In this document: positions 1 to 12,540 of the stretch, one piece after another | Layout of the letters: the number at the start of each line of letters is the position of its first letter | How positions within the stretch are numbered: position 1 is the stretch's first letter | Assembly: GCF_006345805.1 (NCBI RefSeq) | Contig: NC_043000.1 | Span: 34,100,001 to 34,164,000, forward strand | Source of the DNA: Octopus sinensis | Taxonomy: Eukaryota | Reading direction: 5' to 3' | DNA length: 64,000 bases | Notes under the pieces: generated by a model | Seen by the model: only the letters and a program-made list of their open reading frames with translations | Database searches by the model: none | Told to the model about the DNA's origin: nothing | Made by a program: the position numbers and the translations under genes

Positions 1-171
1 TATATATATATATATATATACATATATATACATATAATAATTAACATTGAATTAAGTACTTAAATACAGGCACCAAGCTAGTTCGGTATAGTCCACGCAG
101 CTCGAAGTTAGATGAATAAAAAGTAAATAAGTAACAAGGATGTCCAGGTATTAATGCACTACGGCTTAAAA

Positions 172-206
<35 letters not shown>

Positions 207-2109
207 ATATATATATATGAAACAAAAATGTAATAGAGGACAATAAAACAATCGAACAGATAGATGATACAAAGGCGGACAGGAGGAACAACAATTAGAA
301 GGACAGGGGGAAAAAAGACGGGTCATTCGTGGCTTTCTTTCCTCAGTCAAATTACCAGAAGTCCTAACTGTTTCGTTGGATCTGGTTGCCCCCCAAAAAG
401 TCTAAGCTAAGAGCATTAGACTCTGTTGTAAGAAAGCTAGCGAATGTGTACGGCAACAAAGACAAAAAATGGAGAACATGGTACACAGTTACAATACACA
501 CGCACACATATGTTGATGGTGTTGCCACTCGTATTTGATGACTACTTTCTAACAAAGAGCCCGGTCTCAGAAGACGTTGTCTCTACTTCGACAGAATTTG
601 GAGAAGAAGTATCATGGACAACTGATCATTTTTAAAAGTTAATGAATTTACTGATCTGTAATATCAAAAATCTTCAACTCTTTGACTATTTGTCTTTGGA
701 TGGTAATATCATTATATGATCTCTTGATTGTTTTCAAAAACATTACTAATGGCAACACTTAATCTCTGTTGTTGGCACGTTTCTTTAGTCAGAGTGGGAA
801 ATGCCTTTGGTACGGATTCGGAATAGGGAGGATGGAATTCTTGTCACAAATTGATGAACCTTCTTCCGTAAAGATTCTTTGTAACGTTTGGTAGTTACAA
901 TACACACAATAATTGAATAAAATGTAAATAGCATTGGTGATAGAAAAGTGTTACATAAGATAAAATGTTACACCTAACACTAGCAGAATTACAAAAGATT
1001 TGATATAACATTAAATAAATTCATGACTGCAGAAAAATTCTTACATTTCAAAAATTATTTCTTAGAAGACAATTAGCCATGACCATCACCTCAGATCCTA
1101 CAGCAATAACATGTCTATCTGTAAATAGGCGTATTTAAACAGAACGATTGATTAGCTTATGATGAATTTTAGCTTAAAACATCTCAAGATATTTCAAAGT
1201 GAAAATTCCATGTTATATCATGAATTAAGGAGAAATGAGATTTAACAAATCTGCTCCTGAAATATTTCACTCTATTATTGCGAGAAGAACCGTAAATACT
1301 TTTTGTAAGTTTAAATTAATTCGGTAAACAAAAGGAATGAAGATTTTACATTTTCTCAGTTTATTCGAAAGTTGTTAAATATCGTGTGATCAGCTTTTAT
1401 ACTAGTTTTATATAATTGGAAATCTAAATATTATAAAAATGATGGTGGAAATAGGATAGTTAGTCTGTAACCAGCATCGGAAGATGTCGAATACTAAGCC
1501 ATTCCTTAAGGAGACCTTCAGGCAGAAAGAGTATTTTCAGAGTCGCCTGAAATAGAAATTTTTTAAAAAATCAGAAAACACATAATCAATAATTAAAAAC
1601 AGTTATCTGTAACAATCGTACGCTGTTCATATGAAAGAGTATGTTTAGACGAAGATGGCGATCTACGCAGACACTCAGACAACAATCTATATGGATGGTG
1701 GATTTATTAGTGCCAGAAGTCAAACACGATGGAACACACATTATTTCCGCAATAGGTTTTCTCGAGTACTTAAATGCATAGTTCATGGGAAGTAACCATA
1801 TTTTCAATGTGGGAGTAATTCATGGTGGTCCAGGTTCACATGTATGCACGCGTTCACTAGAAAACTCATGTTCCCTTCTATGAACATGGCATTTTTAATC
1901 AGCACACAGTAATTGGACAAATAAATACGATCTTCCGTGACGAGTGAACTTAATGTTTGATCTATCGTAATTAGCAGCAAAATCTACCCTTCATGTCCAC
2001 ACTCTGATCGGTTTATATAGTCCGATAAAAAGGGGAGGTGCCTTAATCAGGAATAAGGAAACAAATTGCAGAAACATCAGGAATGTTCCGGGTGTAGAAC
2101 TGAAGATAA

Positions 2110-2340
2110 ATATTTTATTTATTACGTAACTTTTATCTTTTATCTCTTCTTTGTTTCATACTGCGGCCAGGCTGGGGCACCGCCTTGAAGAATTTGAGTT
2201 GAATGAATCAACTCCCAGAACTTATATTTTCTAAGCCTGGTACGTAACCTATCGGTCTCTTTTTGCCGAAACGTTAAGTTACGGGGACAGAAATGCACCA
2301 ACATCGGTTGTCAAGCGATGTTGGTGGTCGTGGGGAACGA
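2110..2340 (-). mobile_element. 3' part of abundant tRNA-derived SINE (CORE-like octopus family)
   Basis: Reverse complement of the body and tail of the full copy at 62487-62880 (gacaaccgatg...cccgtaacttagcggttcggcaaaagagaccgatag...ggcggtgccccagc). Confidence 0.8.
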
Positions 2341-2479
2341 ACACAAATGTTGTCCTCTTTAATAAATATATATCCGTTATATTGGAAATCTACAATGGTT
2401 ATATAACTCCCGTCTCGGCTAAGAGCTTGGAGCCCTGGTAATCCATTACAGCACTTATCCACCGTACCTAGTCGTTTAG

Positions 2480-2709
2480 GTCACCTATGAATTAACCCCC
2501 CGCTGGAACACTGCCCTTAGTCGAACAAATCGATCCCAGGACTTATTCTTTGTAAGCCTAGTACTTAAAAGTATCGGTCTATTGTACCGAACCGCTAAGT
2601 TACAAGGATGTAAACACACTAACATCGGTTGTCAAGCGATGATGGGAGGACAAACAGACGCACAAACATACACACACACATATATATGTGTGTGTGTGCG
2701 TGTAAATAT

Positions 2710-2758
<49 letters not shown>

Positions 2759-2905
2759 GACAGTCTTCTTTCAGTTTACATCTACCAAATCCATTCAGAT
2801 GGCTTTGGTCGACCCGAAGCTATAGTAGAAGACACTTGCCGAAGGTGCCACGCAGTGGGATTGAACCCAGAACCATGTGGTTGGTAAGCATGCTACTTAC
2901 TACAC
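2480..2905 (-). mobile_element. Near-complete tRNA-derived SINE (CORE-like family)
   Basis: Minus strand has head ggagtggctgtgtagtaag, B-box-like ggttcaatccc, central gcaagtgtcttctactatagc, internal (TA)n/(TG)n and family tail. Matches the 62487-62880 copy. Confidence 0.85.
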
Positions 2906-3234
2906 AGCCACTCCAAATTAAAAAGACAGAGGGAAAAGACAAGGAAAAACAACAACGTGTGGACGTGGTACATGCAAAGTATTAATGAGACGCTCAGAGA
3001 AGGAAAGAAAGAGTGGTTGTTTTACGTTTCGAGCAAAGCTCTTCTTCGGAAACATAGGAAAGTCCGAAAGAAAAGTAAGAAGGAGGAATAATATCGCCAA
3101 CAGTTCACGTGTAGTTCCATATGTGTGTGTGTATAACATATATATGTGTGTGTGTGCGTGTAAATATATATATATATATATATATATTATGTATGTATAT
3201 GTGTGCGTGTGTCTATATAAGTGTGTATGTGTGT

Positions 3235-3450
3235 GCGCGTGTGTCTTTGGGTTTGTGCCCTACCTACCACCGCTTGACAACCAGTGTCTATGTGTTTAAG
3301 TTCCTGTAACTTAGCGGTTCGGCAAAAGACGCCGATAGAATGAGGATCAGGCTTAAAACAAAAATTAATACTGGAGTCGATCATTCGTCTAAAATTCTTC
3401 AAGGCGGTGCCCCAGCATGACCGCAGTCTAATGACTAATGCGAGTAAAGG
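3235..3450 (+). mobile_element. 3' part of the same SINE family
   Basis: gcttgacaaccagtgtc...taacttagcggttcggcaaaagac...ggcggtgccccagcatgaccgcagtc tail. Confidence 0.8.
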
Positions 3451-3489
3451 ATATATAGACACAAAGACAGGATATTTTTCTACACTAGG

Positions 3490-3690
3490 CACAAGGCCCG
3501 GAATTTTTGCGGGGTGGGCAGTCGATTAGATCGACCCCAGTGCACAACTGGTACTTAACTTATCGACCCCAAAAGGATGAGAGGCAAAGTCGACCTCGGC
3601 GGAAATTGAACTCAGAGCATAAAGACAGACGAAACACCATAAAAGCATTTCGCCCAGCGTGCTAACGTTTCTGCCACCTCGCCGCCTTCA
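3490..3690 (-). mobile_element. Second tRNA-derived SINE family (Meta/Sauria-like core)
   Basis: Minus strand ggcgaggtggcagaaacgttagcacg...gagttcaatttccgccgaggtcgactttgcctctcatccttttggggtcgataag. Repeated at 20410, 28455, 31345 and 41300. Confidence 0.8.
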
Positions 3691-3906
3691 GACAGATAGG
3701 ATACTAGAGAGAAATAGAGAGAGAGTAAGAGAGAGAGAGAGAGAGGGGGGAGTAAGAGAGAGTGAGACAGACAGACAGACAGATAAAATGCACACACAGC
3801 TATAGACTGAGACAAGTATTCGTATATCAATTATATTATTTGCAAGATATCTTATTTGTGTTTGAGAGCAGGTAGTGTGTGTGTACGTCTGTGTGTGTGT
3901 GTGTAT

Positions 3907-3962
<56 letters not shown>

Positions 3963-4382
3963 CGTCGACGAAATAAATAGACACGTTTTGTCGGTTTCCC
4001 TTCTGTTTTTAGTTTCTTTTTTCTTTCTTTTTTTATTTATTTTCGTTGCTGAATGCACTGCGAAGACTTTTGCAGTGTTTGCGAAACTACAGCAGCCAAG
4101 ATAAACAGTTTACTTTTCTGGCGTTTGGATCTGTTAATATGGCGTGTTGCTCTGATCTCGCATCGTGACTCATCTATGTCAAAATTATCATTTTCCGCTA
4201 CAAGTCTACTTAGTCCATACAGAGGAACTAGTTTGCCAAGGTAAACACTCAGTCATACTAATTTATAACGGATTCCCTCGTAGACGGAACATACTTCACG
4301 TGACTATACAATCAAATTAACATCTCTCCATCTCTCTGTCTTTCTCTGCACATATGTTTGCGAGTACATGTGTGTAGTTGAA

Positions 4383-4389
<7 letters not shown>

Positions 4390-4459
<70 letters not shown>

Positions 4460-4460
4460 C

Positions 4461-4516
<56 letters not shown>
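4390..4516. repeat. (TATC)n microsatellite; similar long arrays at 14797-15019 and 38607-38707
   Basis: Directly visible tandem tetranucleotide. Confidence 0.95.
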
Positions 4517-4554
4517 AATCATCATCCGATGATGGCTTAGATCGCCGAAGCTTC

Positions 4555-4720
4555 TAATTCACTGTATGCTTTTGGGGTAGTTGTTGCTTAATAGATCGTT
4601 ATTGAGCTTGATCATTTCTTCGTGGTGTGTATCACGATCGCTACAAATATTCTTTGCAGATATGAGTAGCATATGGGAACCGGTATTAAGGAAGGATAGG
4701 AAAAGATTAGATTTATAAGC
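4555..4720 (-). mobile_element. Penelope-like element RT C-terminal fragment
   Basis: Translation ...SAKNICSDRDTHHEEMIKLNNDLLSNNYP resembles the PLE thumb motif RAxxICS...EExxxLxxxLxxNGYP. Confidence 0.6.
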
Positions 4721-4721
4721 C

Positions 4722-4920
4722 CTAAAATTTTCGATTCCAAACAATGACCTCAATAATATCATTAATAATAATATTATTAATAATAATATTATTAATAATA
4801 ATATTATTAATAATAATAATTATAACAACAACATCGAATAATACCTTGGGAATGAGAACCCAGGTTCGAATTTTCCCCAAGAAGGCTGGAGGGTATATCA
4901 GCCGAAACGTTGTGCTACAT
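4722..4920 (+). mobile_element. Truncated copy of the tRNA-head/pLTR-tail element (head end, AAT spacer, tail with deleted hammerhead core)
   Basis: ttcgattccaaacaatgacctcaataat...(AAT-rich)...catcgaataataccttgggaatgagaacccagg...cagccgaaacgttgtg matches the element at 30050-30332. The segment cacctgatga is missing. Confidence 0.75.
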
Positions 4921-5340
4921 AATGTACAGCGTATAAGCTACCCTACCGTGGAGTACATATTAAAGTACCAGTATCTTTCAAGCAATGAACAGTTTTTGTC
5001 AAAACTATGATATAATATGTCGACGTGGAACTTATAGCAAAGTCTTCGTGATAAACAACATTTTTTGTCTTTCCATTCGGAGGTCAGTACAATTTTCTCT
5101 GTCTAACTTCTTTCTTTCTCTCTCTCCCCCCTCTCTCTCTCTTTCTGTTGATTGTTTTCAACCATCACCATCACCAGTACAACCACCATCGACACCGCAA
5201 CTGCTATACACACACCATTCAGACTTCTGACGCCACCACCATCAACATCTTTGACTTCACCGCCTTCCGATCCCTTACTATCACCGTCATGTTTGGCCAC
5301 CTCAGCTACCACCACCACCACCACCACCACCACCACCACC

Positions 5341-5374
<34 letters not shown>

Positions 5375-5599
5375 TCATCATCACCGTCGCCTCTATCACA
5401 ACTACAGCTCATACTATTGCTATCATCCCATTACCATCTCAGTTGTCAATCTACTACCGTCCACCCTTACCGTTTCTATGCCTACTGCTACTCTCACCGC
5501 AGCAAGAGTAGAATTGTGAGAGAGGTGGGGTCAAAGTGTGACACACTGACACACAAAAATTCATTTTGGCATTTGTCATCATCATCATCATCATTATTA

Positions 5600-5656
<57 letters not shown>

Positions 5657-8391
5657 CATACATAAATACACACACACATACACACACACTTCTATTAATA
5701 GACTGGATTTTCTACTTATCTCGGACTTTCATTCAAGTGGTAGGGTGTCTCTGTAGATTTTGGAAATTCATTTTCCAGTTTGTGGTAGGAGCCACCATTC
5801 ATTCGTGGCCCAGCATTTAATTCATTCGGTGATGTATAAGAGACTCTGGCAATCACTTATCTTCTTTATCTTCTATCTCTTATGTTTTATGTGTTTCAGT
5901 CATTAGACTGCGGACATTTTACCGAAATATAAAGTTCAGATCGATACCGAATCATAAATTCATATTCCATGAGTTCTCAGCTTACCAAGAACTGCCGCAA
6001 TACAGTGCTTACCACAAACGTACTTTGGTGATGCATTTGGGTACTGCGGTCTATGAGAGTACCTGGAAGAAATAGGTGTTCTACCAAAATTCACACTTGA
6101 GTTAAGTCAGATCAACAAGGACTGTGATATTTTTACGTAAACGATAAATATAGTTTATTAGAAATATTGCATTTCTAAATCTCTCAGAGAGAGAGAGAGT
6201 TATGCAATAGCAGCACGATAAAATGATGGTTTGTTGCCAACTAGTTTCTGGATACTGGCTTTGTTGGGTGGAGGTGCTTATCTCCCCTGTTTGAGAACTT
6301 AAGGGTACAGAACACTTGTGTCACGTAGGCAATTAAACACAGTGTTTCTTGGGGCTAAATAGCAGTAACATTCTTCCCTTTCCTGGGACTACCACGATAA
6401 ATATAGTGTGCATCGTTAACTGATTTGAATGTAAGTAATAAAAGATTTGAGACGAATAATTTCATGTGATCATTATTATTGTTTAAGAGCGGACAGTGTA
6501 AAATGGCTGATAGGCGGCCAAACTGTTGTAGTAGTGATATGTTTGCTTAAATACGTACCATAAGAGCTTTCTGTATTTCACATTTTAAAATTTCATAAGC
6601 TGGAACGGACATTACGTAAAGGCAAAGTTTGGCCTGGAGGTAAAGAACCGATTTAATCAGATAAAAGAATAAGAAAATATTTACAAAAATAATATATTCT
6701 AAATATATTAAATAAAACAAAGGGTAATAAATCGATGGAAATGTCTGTGTTGTATTGATTTAAACCTTTAACTAAACACACTTCTTATTGCCATTTGTTC
6801 TTATCTGGCCGTAGACACATTCCTATCAGCAAACCGCATTCCTAACAATAGTAATCTTCAGAAACACCATTTCTCTCCATACTATTTATTTTTTCTGTGG
6901 ATGAAAGCCGAATGTTTTTATATGTTTGCTTAGTAACCATAAGGACCAAAGTTTGGCCCCAACGTGTGCCATCTTGGTCAAATGCATTTTACAGCAACCT
7001 TGGGTCGATCTAAGCCTAGGTGCAATAACAATCTTGTCAGAGTGTTTCAGTTGTATTTGAAAGAGCCATTATCTCCCCGCTTTGTCATCCTGAATCTGTC
7101 TGAGAAATCCATTAAGGGTTGAAACATCTCTGGAATAATTGGCCACATTTAACAACACGTATTAAACGTATTTGTATTTCATTTGACCAAAGATCTGGGC
7201 AAGTTATCATCATCACCAACGGAGATCCACGTATCATCCACCAGCAAGAATCATGTGGCTAACCACATCAATTCCATCCAGCTAAATTAATATATTGAAC
7301 ATTTTAGTGGTAAATTCTCATGAGGCTTCAAATTACAATGAAACACAAACAAAATAAAATATTCTGCATAATGTCCCACCTGCTGCCTTCTCTTGTTATT
7401 TTCGCAGTTATTTCTCTAAAGTATGTCTACATTAAAATCATGCTGTCGGGTTTCACATCATCTCAATTTCTAATAATGCAGTTTTACTCCCCTCAATCTA
7501 CAGTTTCCTGTCTTAGCCAATATCTTGAAATGTTGGAAAGGAATCGACTCCTTCAGGCTGACCAAATTATTGTGTTACACGAGGAGACTGTATAATTCCC
7601 TGATGACTAACAACCAATATTGGAAAGGAATCGACTCCTTGAAGATGACCAAGTTCTCGTATGATATATGAAAAGACTATGCTATTCCCTTATCACTTAT
7701 CGAACAGTGTTAAGTCAGATTCACAAGGAATTTCTTCAAATATCTGAGCTCTGGTGTCTCGCTAAATTCGCTCTCACTTTGTATTAAATAAATCCCAAAT
7801 TAGAGATTATGAGATCCTCACCAACTAAAGTAGCTTCCTGGTGATCTAATTCCCAGTGCTCGCTCTACTTCACCGCTCTAATCGATATTATAAACTTCGA
7901 TTCTTATACTCCCTTTTTTTAAAATTGTTATTCAAGTCTCATCAGTGATCTCTCTTTCATTTTAAGAATTCTAAAGCCAACAGATTTATTACTTTTGGTT
8001 TCGTGAAAATATAGTTACCGTTCTGGAACTATATGATAAGATGGATGAATAAATAAATTTGATAGCACATAAAGCCTCATGGAATTAATTTATATTCAAG
8101 ACGAAAAGATATCGAGATATATTCGGTAAATGGCCAATAGGTTTATCACATGGAATGAAAATGATAATTGGTTAGCAAGTGAAAGAGGCAGTGAAAGAGA
8201 GACTGCAAGTAAATGTGGAGAAATTTGGAGAAAACAGAGAGGGAGGAGGCGGAAATAGATGGCGTTGATAATAGAGTACTGTAATAGGAAATGATGATAA
8301 TGATGATGATGATGAGGATATCGTTTCCTCCGCTTCTTCATTCCCTTCACTTCTCCCTTCTCCTCATTAGCATCAGTTGTAGTATTAGTAT

Positions 8392-8457
<66 letters not shown>

Positions 8458-9984
8458 GCAGTAATATGGAGATGTTATAAAGTATGGATGAAAATTGGAA
8501 GATAAATATAGAAAATGAATAAAGATGGCGAGTATAGAAGAGATGAGAAGAGAGGAATAGTATGGATGAGGATAGATATAATGAGTATGCATGAGGATTA
8601 ACAGAGGTAGGAAGAGGCGATGAGTATGAAAGATGAGTATAAATGATGATTGTAAGCGCAGGAAAGAGATTAAACACTTTCATAACGTTTCCCATTTAAC
8701 TTTGGTTTGAAAATAGTTAAAATTATTTTGCTCAATGAATTCTTAATGAAGAGAATTCTATGAGAGTGGAAAGTGAAAGTTGGAGTTGTTTTGAAGCCAT
8801 TGTCACGGAAGGAGAGAAGCTGGTCGGGGTGAAACCGCTTCGCTTATCTGGGAAGTATAAGGAACTAGCTGCGAAGCTCGGTTTCACCCGGTTGGTTTGG
8901 ATGATGTGGCTGTAAGACCTGCTCTGTGTAAGCATTCGTCTTGCTCGGGGCACGTTTACGTTAAAAATTTTAGAATGACTTTTTTCTGTCAAAACGTTAA
9001 AAATAACTGACCAGCAACAACAATAAAAAACAATCAAGATTCAAACAAATCAAGAAATTAACCCAAATACTAAGTGAACAAAAATGAACCATCCCACTTC
9101 CATTGCACCGCACACGCACACACACAAACACACACACACACATTCACACATACCCCTTTTATATACACACACATATTCACACAGTTGAAACGCTCACCCC
9201 TCCCTTCCTTATTCATCTGACACCCCTTCCTTTTTCATTCATAAACGCAAGAGTATTATCATAATAGATGATCTCGGTAACCATGGGAGCTATGAAAAAA
9301 ATACAAAGCCCAGCATCACCACCGAATCATTCTACACATCTGTGTAAGTTTTCGTGCAATTCCACCCAGCCGTTTGACCGTGAGTCCCAAGAAAAGAAAG
9401 AATCGCCCATGTCAAAGTAATATGTATAGATGATGTATAGACGAGTGACGCAATAAAGACCTTGATTAAACGATGAGTAAAGTTGGAAGAGTGAGAAAAT
9501 TACAATGAAACAACTTGAACGTCAAAGTATACCCGAGCACGTATAGTACAGTGTACCCGAGTGTTAGGATTGGGAGCCTGGCGGTTATACTTTAGAATGA
9601 CAAACATCTGGATGTATTCATTTTGAGACACGTGATAGAGATGGTGGCCATCAGCTGAGAAGATGGGGTCAGTCGCTCTTTCAATCTACAGAAAATTAAG
9701 CTCTCAACCCTGGAAGAGGTGGTGCCTGAGGCAGCGGAGCTGACTCTGGGTTTTACAAAGACTAGACAAACACTCACAAAGACAAGAGAAATGACCTACA
9801 CCATTTTGGGTAAACATAATTTGATGCGATCAGACATTGATGGTCATGGCTGGATTACAGCTGCTTTGAGCCAGAAACGTGTAGAGGAGGGCGATCCACT
9901 TCTCACTGAATGACGCGTGACTGTACATCTGCACACTTATCATTGATATCAACAACGATGACGACGATTATGACTATCTTGATG

Positions 9985-10015
<31 letters not shown>

Positions 10016-10111
10016 TTACGACCATCATGATGATGATGACAACAGCTTTATTGCATTAGAATTTGTCTAACTTCTCTTCCCTATTGTCTTCTTATTCTTA
10101 TTCTTTTTCTT

Positions 10112-10183
<72 letters not shown>

Positions 10184-10319
10184 TTTTGTTAAATATGCTA
10201 TTAGGTGGCGAGCGTATGTGTGCAAAAGTAAAGGAACTTATTGCAGCCTATCAACTGAAAAGGTGGTGCAGATTGAGGTGTTCATCTAATTAACAGAATA
10301 AAAGATAAAAGTCACTCAC

Positions 10320-10443
10320 CTTTATAAAAGGTATTTCTTGTAACTCGAACTTGAAAAACCTTTGTAAGCGCTTCAACTCGGGAAAGTGAAGGGTTGGATC
10401 TGCATCTTTGTAACTTTGGCACAGATCATCCAACTCATATAAC
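10320..10443 (-). CDS. Internal coding exon of uncharacterised host gene (LYELDDLCQSYKDADPTLHFPELKRLQRFFKFELQEIPFIK)
   Basis: Acceptor atattctcag, donor AAG|gtgagt, 124 nt, open frame in phase 2 to 0, non-repetitive protein-like composition. Confidence 0.85.
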
Positions 10444-10529
10444 CTGAGAATATATGATGCATGCAAACGTGTAAATATAACATAACATTATATATATATA
10501 TATACATACATATATATATTATATATATA

Positions 10530-10930
10530 TACATAATAAATATTAGGGAATGAATCCAAAATTACAGGGAAAAATCAGATTTAGGGTTAAATCCAATTTT
10601 ATAGTAAAATATTATATAATATAATTCGAGACAAAACCACTATTTTAAAACCAAACAAGAAAAGACTTAATCAATACATAAAATTTTAATATAAATTAAA
10701 TAAACCGCCACAACAATTGTTTCATGTCTGCTACCGACAATCTTCAGGTGGATTTTCGATCTAAAAATATCAATATTTTAAAATATAATTTAAAATAATA
10801 AAATAATAAAATTATCAATGAAAATAAAAATATATAATCTATATATAATCTATATATAATCTATATATAATCAATATATAATCTAAAATAATCTAAAATA
10901 AACCCTATAAACAATTGAATATAAAAACCT
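10530..10930 (-). mobile_element. PLE pseudo-LTR remnant with minimal hammerhead motif
   Basis: Shares ttagggaat.aatccaaa.ttacagggaaaa with copies at 37400-38350 and 46575. Contains ccac-CTGAAGA-t-tgtc/gaca-t-GAAAC-aatt-GTT-gtgg on the minus strand. Confidence 0.6.
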
Positions 10931-11595
10931 ATTATAAAAGTTCTCATATTTAAAAATGTACAAAAACCAAGAAACAACAAGCAAAAAACAAAACCCAAAA
11001 AACAAAAAACAAAAAACAAAAATAAACTATATATACACACACATGCTCATACACTCAACACATTACTTATTCATACTTCCTCACACACACATACAACACT
11101 CATTCATAAACAATATACATATACCCGCTCACACATACATATACATACACATACATACAGAACACGATATATACCAATATATAAACACCCGCACCCATAC
11201 AAATAAATAAATTACGCAAACAATCACACACATTCACACATACATAAACACTCAAAATAAAACCGAACAATTCTTTGCTCGTGGATATCAAACGTTTTTT
11301 AAAAAATTATGAATGGAAATGAAATCCATACATACAAGTATAAATATAATTATACAACCCCTAACACAATACACACAAATACACACCCATATATACACAC
11401 ACCCACAAACATAACCATATACACACTCACACATACATATACATACGTACAAATCTCGATAGAAACAAACTTTAATAAAACGACCATGATAAACGAAAAC
11501 TCATATATATATTAATATATATATAAAATAGTGTGTACACGCAGACGGGTGCAATCACACGCACATTCAAAACTTACATGTATACAAGTATATAT

Positions 11596-11669
<74 letters not shown>

Positions 11670-11670
11670 T

Positions 11671-11882
11671 GTTGTGTCTGGGGAGAGTCATTCTCTTTTA
11701 GTGCCTTATTATTTAACACACTCACCGGTAAAATTTCCACTTATTTCTTATTTTTATATTTTAATAAAATATTTAAAAATTAAAATTTTAAAAAAATTAA
11801 AAAAAGAAATAAGTGGAAATTTTACCGGTGAGTGTGTTAAATAATAAGACACTAAAAGAAAACGACTCTCCCCAGACACAAC
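11671..11882. repeat. Foldback / long inverted repeat (arms about 80 bp, AT-rich spacer)
   Basis: gttgtgtctggggagagtc...ttccacttatttc pairs with gaaataagtggaa...gactctccccagacacaac. Confidence 0.9.
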
Positions 11883-11957
11883 ATAATATGCTTCAACACG
11901 CGAACTCATATAAAGAATCTTGCAAACCAAATCCAAAAACGAAATATAAAATATATA

Positions 11958-12030
<73 letters not shown>

Positions 12031-12044
12031 ATACATATATATAT

Positions 12045-12500
12045 AACAAAGTGAAGTTGTAAGGTACCGCACGAGTGGAATTATATATGAAAGAAGGTTT
12101 GAAAATGCAATTTTAAAAGATGTTTATTTACTTGACCGGTTTCACTTTTTTGGGAAAAGATTGTCAAAAGTAACATGTAAAAGCTTTGTTGTGTTAGGTA
12201 GTGGTTGTCACAAAATATTACAATACATATATACATTCTTTGATAATAATAAGAAAATGTCAAAAACAGTTTATAAGGGAAAATCTTGGGAAAATATAAA
12301 AAAATTAAAATATTGGGTACAAAAGATTACAACACATATATACATTCTTTGATAATATTAAGAGAATGTTAAACACAGTTTACAGAAAGAATTATTAAAA
12401 AGTTCAGAGGAATATTGGTATCGTATCTGTATAGATATACACAGAACATTTTAAGTTCAAAAAGGTTACATTTTGGTAAATGTACAATGAGGGGGATATA
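12045..12500 (-). mobile_element. Probable PLE pLTR remnant with decayed hammerhead
   Basis: Minus strand ttactt-ttgacaa...GAAACCGGTC-aagtaa. Internal direct repeat atatatacattctt(t)tgataat. Confidence 0.45.
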
Positions 12501-12540
12501 TATAGTTTGAACTGACCTGATTCACCATATTATCGTAAAA

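Noticed and set aside
6700-7150. Possible very old LINE RT remnant on the minus strand
   Set aside because: Only a faint NAFD-like word was seen, too decayed to call by eye. The same applies to 1600-1800, 19800-20400 and 29600-29950.
8732-8990. Minus-strand ORF as the next exon after 10320
   Set aside because: Its acceptor gives phase 1 whereas the 10320 donor is phase 0. The open frame may reflect the GC-rich hairpin.
9692-9913. Plus-strand candidate exon KIKLSTLEEVVPEAAEL...
   Set aside because: It has a plausible acceptor but no recognisable homology, no partner exons and an open frame on the other strand too.
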